A DNA stretch of 64,000 nt from Nitratifractor sp. (GCA_015488535.1 WFNP01000042.1:4210-68209), one strand, 5' to 3'. Shown: positions 32,397-43,192, counted from the first letter of the stretch. A program made the numbers and translations. Notes: generated by a model not told the origin, from the sequence alone.

Positions 32397-33401
32397 TTGA
32401 ATAAAAACTTTTTTATGCAACTTGCTCTAAATAAGGCGTGGGAGTATCAAACTCTTACCTATCCAAATCCGGCAGTAGGTGCAGTAGTAGTAAAAAACGG
32501 TAGCATCCTGTCTGTATCAGCTCACCGCAGAGCCGGTGAATCTCATGCTGAAGTCGTAGCTCTGGCAGAAGCTTATGAAAAACTCTCAGGCAAAGAGTTT
32601 GGAGTAGATAAATATGATGCAAAAGATGCACACAATTTTCTTTTATCTCTACCTAAAGATTTTTTTAGTGAGTGTGAAATATTTGTAACTCTTGAGCCAT
32701 GCTCACATCACGGCAAAACTCCATCATGTGCCTCTTTGATTTCTGCTTTGAAACTTAAAAAAATATATATCGGAGCAAAAGACCCTATAGAGTCTCATAG
32801 CGGAGGTATAAAAATCCTGCAAAATACAAATATAGAAGTAGAAACAGAAATTATGCAAGAAGAGTGCCAAGCTCTAATTGAGCCTTTTGTTATTTGGCAA
32901 AAGAGAGCATTTATTCTATTTAAGCTGGGGCAGACAAGTAACGGAGTAATCGGTGGAGGATATATCACTTCAAAAGAGTCTTTAAAGTATGTGCATAAGA
33001 TTAGGAGCGTAGTTTCTGCTATGCTTATTGGTGGAAATACTGTCAGAGTAGATAGACCTACACTTGATTGTAGATTTATAGATGAAAAAGCTCCTAATAT
33101 ATATATCTACTCAAAAAGAGATGATTTTGACAAAGATATACCTCTTTTTGGTGTCTCAAATAGAAGTGTAGAGATTATTTCAGATATATCACCGCTTTTG
33201 GATAAACCATCTTTGATACTCGTCGAAGGCGGAGAGGGTATGTTAAAAGCTCTCAAAAATAATATAGACTGGTTACTGCTTTTTCAGGCCCCTAAGCTAA
33301 GCGACTCTCAACTATCGTATAATATCACGACAGAATTGGAATTTTTGCATTGTCAAAAATCCGGTATAGATTTGATGATATGGAGCAGATTTGGAAAATA
33401 G
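32397..33401 (+). CDS. ribD: Bifunctional riboflavin biosynthesis deaminase/reductase
   Basis: Deaminase motifs HAEVVAL and TLEPCSHHGKTPSC, plus a reductase domain. The start is an apparent TTG. Confidence 0.85.
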   Translation: MNKNFFMQLALNKAWEYQTLTYPNPAVGAVVVKNGSILSVSAHRRAGESHAEVVALAEAYEKLSGKEFGVDKYDAKDAHNFLLSLPKDFFSECEIFVTLEPCSHHGKTPSCASLISALKLKKIYIGAKDPIESHSGGIKILQNTNIEVETEIMQEECQALIEPFVIWQKRAFILFKLGQTSNGVIGGGYITSKESLKYVHKIRSVVSAMLIGGNTVRVDRPTLDCRFIDEKAPNIYIYSKRDDFDKDIPLFGVSNRSVEIISDISPLLDKPSLILVEGGEGMLKALKNNIDWLLLFQAPKLSDSQLSYNITTELEFLHCQKSGIDLMIWSRFGK

Positions 33402-34110
33402 TCAAAAACAGCAAAAAATTGTAGAGATGTTTGATGAGATAGCCGATACTTACGATTTGGCAAACAGAGTACTAAGCTTTGGTATAGATGTGCAGTGGCG
33501 TAAAAAAGGGTGTGACAAAGCTTATGAGATACTTGGTAAAGAGAAAATAGACTCTATTGCAGATATTGCCACCGGCACAGGAGATATGCTCTTGCACTGG
33601 AGAGACAGGGCAGATAAAAAGAGTATAAAAATTGATAGATTTATAGGTATTGACCCATCTGTGGGTATGCTTGAAGTAGCCCAAAAAAAGGTGGATTTTG
33701 CTGATTTTATAGAGGGCAAGGCTCAAGAATTGCCTTTGAATAATGAAGAGGCTGATATTGTATCTATCAGTTATGGAATAAGAAATGTAGTAGATAGAAA
33801 AGAGGCTCTTAATGAGTTTAACAGAGTCTTAAAGCCTGGCGGAATTGTTGTTATACTGGAATTTACCAAACAAAACAGAGACTCCCTTACTTCTGGTATA
33901 GTCGATTTTTATATGAAAAAAGTGTTACCTGCAGTAGGTGGACTGGTATCCAAAAACTATGAAGCCTACAGATATCTGCCAGATTCTATAGAGCAGTTTC
34001 TCACAGCTGAAATGATGCAAGATGAGCTAAAAGAGAGTGGATTTGATATCAAATATGTAAAGCCTTTTTCTATGGGTATCAGCACTCTGTTTGTAGCACA
34101 AAAAAGATAA
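33391..34110 (+). CDS. ubiE: Demethylmenaquinone/ubiquinone C-methyltransferase
   Basis: MFDEIADTYDLANRVLSFGIDVQWRK and the SAM motif DIATGTGD. The start is uncertain: either TTG 33391 or the ATG about 36 nt downstream. Confidence 0.85.
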   Translation: MENSQKQQKIVEMFDEIADTYDLANRVLSFGIDVQWRKKGCDKAYEILGKEKIDSIADIATGTGDMLLHWRDRADKKSIKIDRFIGIDPSVGMLEVAQKKVDFADFIEGKAQELPLNNEEADIVSISYGIRNVVDRKEALNEFNRVLKPGGIVVILEFTKQNRDSLTSGIVDFYMKKVLPAVGGLVSKNYEAYRYLPDSIEQFLTAEMMQDELKESGFDIKYVKPFSMGISTLFVAQKR

Positions 34111-34119
34111 ATCTCAACC

Positions 34120-34145
34120 GATACCCAAAATTATATTTGGGTATC
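34120..34145. terminator. Hairpin between convergent ubiE and pqiC (putative bidirectional terminator)
   Basis: GATACCCAAA-attata-TTTGGGTATC, a perfect 10-bp stem. Confidence 0.6.
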
Positions 34146-34153
34146 AATCCTTA

Positions 34154-34720
34154 TTAAAGATATTTGATAATACTTCTGCTTATTTTATCTATAAATCCAC
34201 TTACAGCTTCAGCCATTGATTCGTAATCTTGACTATTGATTATCTCAGAATATGCAAACTCTTTGGAGACTACAATACTTCTGCTGTTCATATTTACGAT
34301 ACTCCATCTGCCCGATACCCTAATCTCTCCGTTATCATCTATATCAAGAGTATCTATACTGAGATAGACTCTGTAAATATCATCTACAGGCTCTTCCCAC
34401 GGATAACTCAAAAATGTATATCTGTCTGTTTTGGCAGAGAGGTCTATCTTCAATACATTTTGGATATTTTCAGCCAGATTACTCGCCCACAGTTGATTGT
34501 TGTGCATAGAGAGTTTGGCAGAGCCTGTTTTTGTCATAATCTCTTTTCTGTTTAGATAATCGGGTATGCTGACTGTAGATATACCTACTACCTCTTTACC
34601 TTTTGGTATTTCACCGTTTTTTATTTTAGCTTTTGGTGTCAGCATATAGAAACTTGGAGGTGTTCCGCACCCCGAAAGCAATGCAAATATTATTACTGCA
34701 ATTATATATCTCAATCTCAT
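34154..34720 (-). CDS. pqiC: PqiC/YmbA-like lipoprotein (ABC-type transport auxiliary component, DUF330)
   Basis: Lipobox ALLSG-C followed by GTPPSFYMLTP. Sits directly downstream of pqiB. Confidence 0.7.
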   Translation of the reverse strand: MRLRYIIAVIIFALLSGCGTPPSFYMLTPKAKIKNGEIPKGKEVVGISTVSIPDYLNRKEIMTKTGSAKLSMHNNQLWASNLAENIQNVLKIDLSAKTDRYTFLSYPWEEPVDDIYRVYLSIDTLDIDDNGEIRVSGRWSIVNMNSRSIVVSKEFAYSEIINSQDYESMAEAVSGFIDKISRSIIKYL

Positions 34721-34722
34721 AA

Positions 34723-36369
34723 TTATCTTCCTCTTATAATGGATTCAGGATGTCTCTCCAGATAATCCGTCAAATTTTTGATAGAGTGACTTGTTCTTCT
34801 AATCTCATCTAAAAGCATAATCAATTTTCTATTCATCTCAGAATCGCTTGCCGTATAATTTACTCTTGCACTTTTTACCAACTCTTCTATCTCTCTTACC
34901 GCATCATTCAATCTTGGCAGTGTTTTGGAGTTGAGTGTTTTTAATGTATTATCACCCTCTCCCAGCATATTTCCGGCATTTTTAGTAGCTCTGTTTATCT
35001 CCGGCAGTGTCTCATTTTTGAGTATTGCCATACTCTCATTGAGATTTTTTCCTATACTCTCAAACGGTATCTTGGAGAGTCTGTCAAGCAGAGTCTGTAT
35101 ATCGCTTTTGAGTTTCTCAATGGTTGCAGGAACAGTAGGCAAAACATAATAACCGTTTTTCTTCATAATTTTAGCCGGTGGCACATCTTTAAAGAAATCA
35201 AAATTGATAAACATCTCACCTGTAAGCAAATTACCGCTTTGAAGCTGGGCTCTGAATCCTTTTTGTATAAGATGTTTCAAAATCTTGAGATTTACACCTT
35301 TTGTTTTATTGCTCTCACCACCTTTTATGGCAAATCTTTGTGGCTGTATTTTTATCAAAATCGGTATATCAAATTTGCTGTTGTTTACATCTCCTACCAA
35401 ACGATAATCTACCACCTCACCTATTTTTATACCTCTAAATTCAACTGAAGAGCCGACTTTCAATCCTCTGATACTATGTGAGAAATAGACCCAGAAATAC
35501 AACTCTCTTTGGTAATTTATCTCTTTTGCCTCTTTTATATTTTTAAAGAGTCTGAATCGTGTATACTCTTTTGCCTGTTTTGTATCTTTGATATATCTCT
35601 TCAAATTACCGAAAGCTATACCGCCTGATAGTATGGCAGTCAATGACTCTGTGCGAATATCTACTCCGTCTGCACTGATTGTGGCATCTATACCGCTTGT
35701 ATCCCAAAATCTTGTGCTGTTTGTAACCAGACTGTCATACGGTGATCTGATAAATATATCTATCAATACTTTACTGTGATCATCAGAGAGGTGATATGAT
35801 ACTACACTACCGACATTGATTTTTTTGTAATAGATAGGTGAACCTGCCTGAAGAGAGCCTCTGTCATTGGCCTCCAGTACATATCTCTTACCCACAGAAT
35901 CATGGGTAATGATAGGAGGTTCGCTCAATCCTTTGAACTCTCTGATATTTTGAGAGCCTCTTCTCGGCTCTATACCTATGTAGGCTCCTGACAGCAGTGT
36001 ATCCAAGCCCTCTACGGAATTGGTGGTCAAGCGTGCATGCACTATCCAAAATCTGGTCTTTTCACTGAGATATGGTGCCATCTCTTTATTCAATTCAGCC
36101 GTAATCAAAACAGAGTCCAAATTATTGTCAAATTTTACATCTTTGACATGCCCTACTACAATATCTTTGTATTTGACTACTGATTTTTCAGGCACAATCC
36201 CTGTAGCAGATTTGAAACTGATTGTAACAGTAGGTCCTTTTTCACTCAGATTTTTACCTATGAGGACAAGTCCTATTATCAGTGCTGTAATCGGAACAAT
36301 CCAGACTGTGGAAAAGTATCTCTTCTTTTCACTGTAAAGTGCCTCTTTTATATGCTCTTTTTCACTCAT
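34723..36369 (-). CDS. pqiB: PqiB-like multi-MCE-domain intermembrane transport protein
   Basis: 548 aa with an N-terminal TM helix, repeated MCE-like segments (VKYKDIVVGHVKDV, YKKINVGSVVS, FRGIKIGEVVDY) and a C-terminal helical region. Confidence 0.8.
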   Translation of the reverse strand: MSEKEHIKEALYSEKKRYFSTVWIVPITALIIGLVLIGKNLSEKGPTVTISFKSATGIVPEKSVVKYKDIVVGHVKDVKFDNNLDSVLITAELNKEMAPYLSEKTRFWIVHARLTTNSVEGLDTLLSGAYIGIEPRRGSQNIREFKGLSEPPIITHDSVGKRYVLEANDRGSLQAGSPIYYKKINVGSVVSYHLSDDHSKVLIDIFIRSPYDSLVTNSTRFWDTSGIDATISADGVDIRTESLTAILSGGIAFGNLKRYIKDTKQAKEYTRFRLFKNIKEAKEINYQRELYFWVYFSHSIRGLKVGSSVEFRGIKIGEVVDYRLVGDVNNSKFDIPILIKIQPQRFAIKGGESNKTKGVNLKILKHLIQKGFRAQLQSGNLLTGEMFINFDFFKDVPPAKIMKKNGYYVLPTVPATIEKLKSDIQTLLDRLSKIPFESIGKNLNESMAILKNETLPEINRATKNAGNMLGEGDNTLKTLNSKTLPRLNDAVREIEELVKSARVNYTASDSEMNRKLIMLLDEIRRTSHSIKNLTDYLERHPESIIRGR

Positions 36370-36371
36370 TA

Positions 36372-36980
36372 CTACTCTTTACCTTTCATATCCCAAATTA
36401 ATCTAGAATCAAACGACATAGCCGACAGCATGGTGAGTATTACAACCCCAAGGAAAAATATCGCACCTGCACCGGCTTTGATTTGAGTCAATGCCCCAAA
36501 ATGAACCAAAGCTATCATTATAGCCACAACATAGACATCTACCATAGACCATTTACCAATAATTTCTGTCAAGACATACAATCTCAACTTATGCTCTTTA
36601 TCTTCAGCTTTACCTTTATAGACACTGTAAATCAGATACAAAATAATTACCATCTTGATAAATGGCACCACTATACTGGCTATGAGTATCACAAATGCTA
36701 TAAGATATGAACCACTCTCAAAAAAATATATGATACCGCTTATAATGGTATCCGATTCCGTCCCTGCAAATGTTTGCACATGCATCATAGGATACAAATT
36801 GGCAGGAATATATAAAATTATACTGGCAATTACAAGAGCCAGACTTACAGTTAAGCTACCCGGCTTTCTTAGATGGACTACCGTTCCACATCTGGGGCAA
36901 TACTCCTTATTGCCTCGTTTAATTTTGACAAGCTCATGACATACAGGACAACAGGCTATATCTCTGTCTATGGCTCTCAT
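36372..36980 (-). CDS. pqiA: PqiA-family membrane protein, half-size (second of two)
   Basis: N-terminal zinc ribbon CCPVCHE...CPRCG followed by 4 TM segments. 202 aa. Confidence 0.75.
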   Translation of the reverse strand: MRAIDRDIACCPVCHELVKIKRGNKEYCPRCGTVVHLRKPGSLTVSLALVIASIILYIPANLYPMMHVQTFAGTESDTIISGIIYFFESGSYLIAFVILIASIVVPFIKMVIILYLIYSVYKGKAEDKEHKLRLYVLTEIIGKWSMVDVYVVAIMIALVHFGALTQIKAGAGAIFFLGVVILTMLSAMSFDSRLIWDMKGKE

Positions 36981-37612
36981 TTATGTTCCTTTTGATATAG
37001 GCACATTCCGGCATCTTCTATTATCTCCCATACCTTATGAGGATCCAAAATCATATGTGCATACGCCATCAACGGCACAAGTGATACAAAAGCCCAGAAT
37101 GATATACCAAAATGAATAGTCCCCATCTTTACAAGTTTTACAACTGAAACCAAAACTCCTATCAAAAAGACATCAAGCATTCCCCATGGTCTCAAGTCTT
37201 CGATAATTCTTAGCATTGGGATAATGATTGGATATATTTTGCCGTGATAGAGCATCCCAAATACAATCATTGCAAACAGAATAAATGTAAACGGAACCAC
37301 TATTGTAGTCATCAATACAGCTATTGCCATAATATAATCACCATCTCTGTAGAGATACTCAATTGCGGTCATAAATGTAGCAGTGCTGTTTTGTCCTATT
37401 ACACTGAATGTAAGTATCGGAAAGTAGTTTGCAACAATAAAGAGTATCAGTGAAGCTATACTGATAGCATAACTCTTCTCTATACTGTTTTTATAATTTT
37501 TAAACAGTGTATGTCCGCATGTAGGACATCTGTATCTGCCCTCTTTTTCAGGCAGTTTTATTGTGACAAGCTCATCACAGGCGTGACAGCACAGATGACG
37601 GTGAGTCTTCAT
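36977..37612 (-). CDS. pqiA: PqiA-family membrane protein, half-size (first of two)
   Basis: N-terminal zinc ribbon CCHACDE...CPTCG followed by 4 TM segments. 211 aa. Has 4-nt overlaps with both neighbours. Confidence 0.75.
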   Translation of the reverse strand: MKTHRHLCCHACDELVTIKLPEKEGRYRCPTCGHTLFKNYKNSIEKSYAISIASLILFIVANYFPILTFSVIGQNSTATFMTAIEYLYRDGDYIMAIAVLMTTIVVPFTFILFAMIVFGMLYHGKIYPIIIPMLRIIEDLRPWGMLDVFLIGVLVSVVKLVKMGTIHFGISFWAFVSLVPLMAYAHMILDPHKVWEIIEDAGMCLYQKEHK

Positions 37613-39270
37613 CTACTCTCTCTCCACTCTTTGTATCTATTTATCAAGCCGTTTGTAGAGCTGTCATGTGTATCAATTTTTTTGTAACTGTCCAGTTCAG
37701 GCAATATTCTCTTTGCCAATACTTTGCCAAGCTCTACACCCCATTGATCAAAACTGTATATATTCCATATTATACCCTGCACAAATACCTTATGCTCATA
37801 AGTAGCTGTCAATGCCCCCAAAGTATATGGTGTAATCTTATCTATCAAAATACTTGTAGTAGGTCTGTTGCCTTTGAATACCCGGTGAGGAACAATATCT
37901 TTATACTCATCTTCACTTAGCCCTGCCTTCTGATACTCTTTTATAACCTCATCTTCACTTTTACCGAATGCCAAAGCTTCAGTCTGGGCAAAAAAATTGG
38001 AAAGAAGTATTTTATGATGTTCTCCTATATTATTGTGACTTTTGGCAGGTGCTATGAAATCGCATGGTATCAGTTTGGTACCCTGATGTATCAGCTGATA
38101 AAATGCGTGCTGACCGTTTGTTCCGGGTTCTCCCCATACTATAGGACCGCTCTGCCATGAAATTTCCTGATTTAGTCTGGATACATATTTTCCGTTGGAT
38201 TCCATATCAAGCTGTTGCAAAAATGCCGGAAATCTGTGCATATACTGATCATACGGCAATACTGCATAACTATCGGCATCTTTGAAGTTGTTATACCAGA
38301 TTCCCAAAAGTGCCATTATTACAGGGATATTTTCTCTAAATGGTGTGCTTTTAAAATGTATGTCCATATCATATCCGCCCTCAAGAAGACGGATAAAGTT
38401 ATCAAATCCTACAGACAGGGCTATAGATATACCGATAGCTGACCATAGTGAGTATCTGCCTCCTACCCAATCCCAAAACTCAAACATATTTCTTTTGTCT
38501 ATTCCAAACTCTTCTACACCCTTTTCATTGGTGGATACTGCTATAAAGTGTGAAGCGATATCACTCTCTTTTGCTCCACAGGAGAGAAACCACTCTCTTG
38601 CCGTATGGGCATTGCTCATAGTCTCCTGGGTAGTAAATGTTTTAGAAGCTATTATAAAAAGGCTCGTTTCGGGATTGATTGTTTTTAGTGTTTGCGCTAT
38701 GTCGGAGGCATCCACATTGGATACAAAATGTGTTTTGATACCCTCGATTTGATACGGTTTGAGTGCTTCTGTCACCATTTTAGGACCCAAATCCGAACCT
38801 CCGATACCTATATTTACGATATACTCTATTTTTTTACCGGTATATCCTCTCCACTCTCCATTGTGAACTTTAGAACAAAACTTTTCTATTTGGGATAAAA
38901 CTCTTTTTATATCCGGCATTACATCCTGTCCGTTATGATATACGGGAGTATCACTTCTGTTTCGCAGTGCAGTATGCAAAACAGCCCTTTTTTCTGTGCG
39001 GTTTATCTCCTCTCCTTCAAACATAGCTTTAATGGCATCAGATACCCTGCACTCATCTGCCAAATCAACCAGAGTATTTAAAATTTCATCATCTATGAGA
39101 TGTTTTGAGAAGTCAAACAAAATCCTGTCATTGAAATTAAATGAATATTTATTAAATCTATTATTCTCTTTTGTAAATATTTTTTTCAAATCATCAGCCC
39201 TGTTACTCTTTGCAAACTCCATGAGATTATGCCAGGCTTTCGTATCGACAGGATTTATATTACAGAGCAT
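37609..39270 (-). CDS. pgi: Glucose-6-phosphate isomerase
   Basis: [18 protein letters not shown] and GVELGK. Confidence 0.92.
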   Translation of the reverse strand: MLCNINPVDTKAWHNLMEFAKSNRADDLKKIFTKENNRFNKYSFNFNDRILFDFSKHLIDDEILNTLVDLADECRVSDAIKAMFEGEEINRTEKRAVLHTALRNRSDTPVYHNGQDVMPDIKRVLSQIEKFCSKVHNGEWRGYTGKKIEYIVNIGIGGSDLGPKMVTEALKPYQIEGIKTHFVSNVDASDIAQTLKTINPETSLFIIASKTFTTQETMSNAHTAREWFLSCGAKESDIASHFIAVSTNEKGVEEFGIDKRNMFEFWDWVGGRYSLWSAIGISIALSVGFDNFIRLLEGGYDMDIHFKSTPFRENIPVIMALLGIWYNNFKDADSYAVLPYDQYMHRFPAFLQQLDMESNGKYVSRLNQEISWQSGPIVWGEPGTNGQHAFYQLIHQGTKLIPCDFIAPAKSHNNIGEHHKILLSNFFAQTEALAFGKSEDEVIKEYQKAGLSEDEYKDIVPHRVFKGNRPTTSILIDKITPYTLGALTATYEHKVFVQGIIWNIYSFDQWGVELGKVLAKRILPELDSYKKIDTHDSSTNGLINRYKEWRESR

Positions 39271-39383
39271 AAATGTTATACCTTTATTATTAATTTATGA
39301 TTTTAAATATACTATCAAAAAAACTTTTAATAGCTCATTGCAATTACAATGATGATAGAATTATAAGAAAATCAGGACATATT

Positions 39384-40295
39384 ATGGTATCGGAAAAACG
39401 AATGACACACTTAAAACAGTTGGAAGCAGAATCTATTTATATCATGCGAGAAGTAGCTGCAGAGTTTAGCAATCCTGTAATGATGTATTCCATAGGCAAG
39501 GATTCATCTGTAATGCTTCATCTGGCAATGAAGGCATTTGCACCGGCTAAGGTACCTTTCCCTCTTTTACATGTGGATACCAAATGGAAATTTCATGAAA
39601 TGATAGATTTTAGAGACAAAAGAGCCTCTGATTTGGGATTTAAACTAATAGTCCACAGCAACCCCAGAGGATTGGATATGGATATTTCACCATTTGTCCA
39701 CGGTAGCAAAATCCATACCGATATTATGAAAACAGAGGCTCTCAAACAGGCTCTTGATGCCGGAGGATATGATGCAATCATCGGCGGAGCCAGAAGAGAT
39801 GAAGAGAAGAGCAGAGCCAAAGAGAGAATATTTTCATTCAGAGACAAAAATCACAGATGGGATCCCAAAAACCAAAGACCCGAATTGTGGAATATCTACA
39901 ATACACGCATAAACAAAGGTGAGAGTGTCCGTGTATTTCCTATCTCAAACTGGACAGAGTTGGATATATGGCAGTATATTTATCTAGAAAATATCCCTAT
40001 CCCATCGCTCTATTTTGCAAAAGAACGCCCTGTAGTGGAGTATGAAGGCACACTTATAGCAGTAGATGATGATAGAGTACCTGATGAACTCAAAAAAAAT
40101 GCAAAGATAAAAAAAGTGAGATTCAGAACGCTTGGATGTTATCCTCTTACAGGTGCCATAGAGTCTGATGCCGATACACTGCCAAAGATTATAAAAGAGA
40201 TGCTACTATCAAGAAGCAGTGAAAGAGAGGGACGCTTGATAGACAAAGACCAAGAGGGTGCAATGGAGAAAAAGAAGATAGAGGGGTATTTTTAA
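39384..40295 (+). CDS. cysD: Sulfate adenylyltransferase subunit 2
   Basis: [28 protein letters not shown] aligns with the E. coli CysD N-terminus. Also has SIGKDSSV. The ORF-track start at 39297 is an upstream extension. Confidence 0.9.
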   Translation: MVSEKRMTHLKQLEAESIYIMREVAAEFSNPVMMYSIGKDSSVMLHLAMKAFAPAKVPFPLLHVDTKWKFHEMIDFRDKRASDLGFKLIVHSNPRGLDMDISPFVHGSKIHTDIMKTEALKQALDAGGYDAIIGGARRDEEKSRAKERIFSFRDKNHRWDPKNQRPELWNIYNTRINKGESVRVFPISNWTELDIWQYIYLENIPIPSLYFAKERPVVEYEGTLIAVDDDRVPDELKKNAKIKKVRFRTLGCYPLTGAIESDADTLPKIIKEMLLSRSSEREGRLIDKDQEGAMEKKKIEGYF

Positions 40296-40309
40296 AGTTG
40301 GTTATTAGG

Positions 40310-40345
40310 TATTGGTGTATTGGTAATTGGAGTAGGTATATAACC
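40310..40345 (+). repeat. Truncated repeat copy carrying a 23-nt exact inverted match to 61899-61921
   Basis: TATTGGTGTATTGGTAATTGGAG (40310-40332) is the exact reverse complement of 61899-61921. The flanks are also similar. Confidence 0.7.
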
Positions 40346-40371
40346 ATATCTAAATAGATTGCACAATATCA

Positions 40372-40390
40372 TTTTTTGTGCGTAAGGTCA
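40372..40390 (+). repeat. Copy of the 19-nt motif TTTTTTGTG(T/C)GTAAGGTCA
   Basis: TTTTTTGTGCGTAAGGTCA, 22 nt upstream of the cysN ATG. It is preceded by ATTGCACAATATCA, which also occurs at 31156-31169. Confidence 0.55.
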
Positions 40391-40412
40391 GTTTGTAATA
40401 CAAAGGATATGA

Positions 40413-41861
40413 ATGAGTAGTGAAAATATGAGAGAGACAATATCTGATGATATAGAAAAGTATCTTAAAGAGCATGAAAATAAAAGTATGCTCCGATTTT
40501 TGACATGCGGGAGTGTAGATGACGGAAAAAGCACACTTATTGGACGACTGCTCTATGATTCAAAAACAATATTTGAAGATCAACTCTTAGCAGCTGAGAG
40601 TGAGAGTAAAAAATACGGCACTACAGGTGACAAGATAGATTTGGCTCTGCTTGTTGACGGTTTGCAAAGTGAGAGAGAACAGGGTATCACAATAGATGTA
40701 GCTTACAGATTTTTTTCAACTGACAAAAGAAAATATATCATTGCAGACACTCCAGGACATGAGCAATATACAAGAAATATGGTCACGGGTGCATCTACTG
40801 CCGATGTGGCAGTCATATTGATAGATGCCAGAAAAGGGATACTCACTCAGACAAGAAGACACAGTTATATAGTATCACTACTGGGTATCGAGCATGTGAT
40901 TGTAGCTATCAACAAAATGGATTTGGTAGATTTTGACAAAGAGGTATATGAAAAAATAAAAAGTGATTATGAAGCTTTGGCAAAAGAGTTGGAGATAAAA
41001 AACAGATACTATATCCCTATGAGTGCACTTGAGGGAGACAATGTAGTCCAAAAGAGTGACAAAACACCATGGTATGACGGTAAATCTTTGCTGGAACTAC
41101 TAGACACTGTTGATATATCCAAAGACAACAAACCTGAAAATTTCAGATTTCCTGTCCAATATGTAAACAGACCCAATCTGGATTTTAGAGGATTTTGCGG
41201 AACGATTGCAGCCGGCAGTGTATCGGTAGGTGATGAGATTACCGTATTACCTTCCGGAAAAACAAGCAGAGTAAAAAGTATCATAGATGCCGGAGATATT
41301 AGTGAAGATAAGAGATTTGTTACCACTCAGAGTGCAAAAGCTCCCATGGCTATAACTTTGACTACAGAAGATGAGATAGATATCAGCAGAGGTGATATGA
41401 TAGTCCATACACACAATGTCCCCAGGGTATCAAATAATCTAAAAGTAATGATAGTCTGGATGGATGAAACACCTATGGAGGTAGGCAGAGAGTATGATAT
41501 AAAAAGAGCTACCACTGTAGTAACTGGCAAAGTGGAACACATAAATTACAAAGTAGATATCAATACCTACAAAAGAGAAGTGGTAGATGAGCTTCATCTC
41601 AATGATATAGCCTCCTGCCGGCTCAATCTTAACAGAGCTATTGCAGCAGATAAGTATAAACATAACAGAGATACAGGAAGTTTTATTATTATAGATAGAA
41701 TTACTAACAATACCGTAGGTGCCGGAATGATAGTCGATGTAGCAAGAAGAGAGCATGACAGAGTCATACCTGCTGAAGAGAGACACTACAGCCAGGCTGA
41801 GAGAGAATTGAATGCTTATATCAGAAAACACTATCCCGAGTGGAACTGTAAAGCGATATAA
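40413..41861 (+). CDS. cysN: Sulfate adenylyltransferase subunit 1 (GTPase); no fused kinase domain
   Basis: G1 motif CGSVDDGKSTLIGRLL, G3 motif DTPGHEQY and NKMD. Confidence 0.9.
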   Translation: MSSENMRETISDDIEKYLKEHENKSMLRFLTCGSVDDGKSTLIGRLLYDSKTIFEDQLLAAESESKKYGTTGDKIDLALLVDGLQSEREQGITIDVAYRFFSTDKRKYIIADTPGHEQYTRNMVTGASTADVAVILIDARKGILTQTRRHSYIVSLLGIEHVIVAINKMDLVDFDKEVYEKIKSDYEALAKELEIKNRYYIPMSALEGDNVVQKSDKTPWYDGKSLLELLDTVDISKDNKPENFRFPVQYVNRPNLDFRGFCGTIAAGSVSVGDEITVLPSGKTSRVKSIIDAGDISEDKRFVTTQSAKAPMAITLTTEDEIDISRGDMIVHTHNVPRVSNNLKVMIVWMDETPMEVGREYDIKRATTVVTGKVEHINYKVDINTYKREVVDELHLNDIASCRLNLNRAIAADKYKHNRDTGSFIIIDRITNNTVGAGMIVDVARREHDRVIPAEERHYSQAERELNAYIRKHYPEWNCKAI

Positions 41862-41864
41862 GAT

Positions 41865-42593
41865 ATGTTTAGAGAGACAAATATACGCTCTGTTGTAAAA
41901 GGTATCAGCTGGAGACTGGTAGCTACAACCACAACAGTAATAATTGTATATATTTTTTTCGGCAGACTGGATTTGGCAATAGCAGCCGGATTAATTGAAA
42001 CTGTGCTAAAAGTAGCACTCTATTGGCTACATGAAAAAATATGGCAAAGACTCAGATGGGGAAAAGAGAGAATAGAGCCTTTTAATCTGTGGTTTACAGG
42101 ATTGCCATTATCAGGAAAGAGTACAATTGCTGATTTGGTATATGAAAAACTACAAAAATATCAAATACCCATAGAGAGATTGGATTCCAAAGATATCAGA
42201 GAGTTGATACCCTCTCTTGGATACAGCAGAGAAGACAGACACAGACATATGGTAAGACTGGGACATTTAATTAAAACTCTACAAAAAAACTCAATCTCTA
42301 CTGTAGCATCATTTGTATCCCCATATAGGGAATCTAGAAAAACTATCACAGAGATGGTAAAAAATACAGTAGTAGTCTATGTAAAAGCTGATATAGAAAC
42401 TTGCAAGAAAAGAGATTACAAAGGTATCTATGAAAGAGCAATCAAAGGTGAATTAAAAAACTTTTCCGGAATAAATGATGTATATGAAGAGCCAAAACAC
42501 GCAGAGATTGTAATAGATACCGACAGACTCTCACCTGAAGAGGCATCAGATATCATAGTAAAATATTTAAAGAGAAAGTATATAAAACAATGA
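41865..42593 (+). CDS. DUF2061-like membrane domain fused to a divergent APS-kinase-like domain
   Basis: The N-terminal ~65 aa ([20 protein letters not shown]...[12 protein letters not shown]) look like DUF2061. The remainder aligns with CysC ([49 protein letters not shown]), but LDGDN is replaced by LDSKD. Confidence 0.65.
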   Translation: MFRETNIRSVVKGISWRLVATTTTVIIVYIFFGRLDLAIAAGLIETVLKVALYWLHEKIWQRLRWGKERIEPFNLWFTGLPLSGKSTIADLVYEKLQKYQIPIERLDSKDIRELIPSLGYSREDRHRHMVRLGHLIKTLQKNSISTVASFVSPYRESRKTITEMVKNTVVVYVKADIETCKKRDYKGIYERAIKGELKNFSGINDVYEEPKHAEIVIDTDRLSPEEASDIIVKYLKRKYIKQ

Positions 42594-43192
42594 AAAATAG
42601 AAATATAGTATGGCATGAGCATAGATTAAACAAATCTGACAGAGCATCACTAAAAAAACAAAAACCATGTATTCTGTGGTTTACAGGTTTGAGCGGAAGT
42701 GGCAAATCAACTATTGCAAACAGGGTGGAAGAGATGCTTTTTGAGATGGGCAGACATACATATCTGCTTGATGGAGACAATATCCGAAGCGGACTCAACA
42801 AAGACTTGGGATTTGGCAAAGAAGATAGAGTAGAGAATATCAGACGGATAGCCGAAGTGGCCAAACTCTTTGTAGATGCAGGTATCATTGTTTTGACTGC
42901 ATTTATATCTCCATACCGCAGTGAAAGAGACAGTGTCAGAGAGAGTGTGGAGGAGGGAGAGTTTATCGAAGTTTTTGTAGATACTCCTTTGGATGTTTGT
43001 GAAAGCAGAGACCCCAAAGGGCTATACAAAAAGGCAAGAGCCGGAGAGATACCTAATTTTACCGGTATAGATTCAGATTATGAAGCTCCAAAAAATCCTG
43101 AAATAATCTTAAATACTATCCATATGAGCATAGATGAATCGGCACAAAAAGTTATAGATTATTTGAAAGAAAGAGGTTATATAAATGGATAA
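42590..43192 (+). CDS. cysC: Adenylyl-sulfate (APS) kinase
   Basis: Canonical [38 protein letters not shown] and [28 protein letters not shown]. Confidence 0.92.
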   Translation: MKNRNIVWHEHRLNKSDRASLKKQKPCILWFTGLSGSGKSTIANRVEEMLFEMGRHTYLLDGDNIRSGLNKDLGFGKEDRVENIRRIAEVAKLFVDAGIIVLTAFISPYRSERDSVRESVEEGEFIEVFVDTPLDVCESRDPKGLYKKARAGEIPNFTGIDSDYEAPKNPEIILNTIHMSIDESAQKVIDYLKERGYING

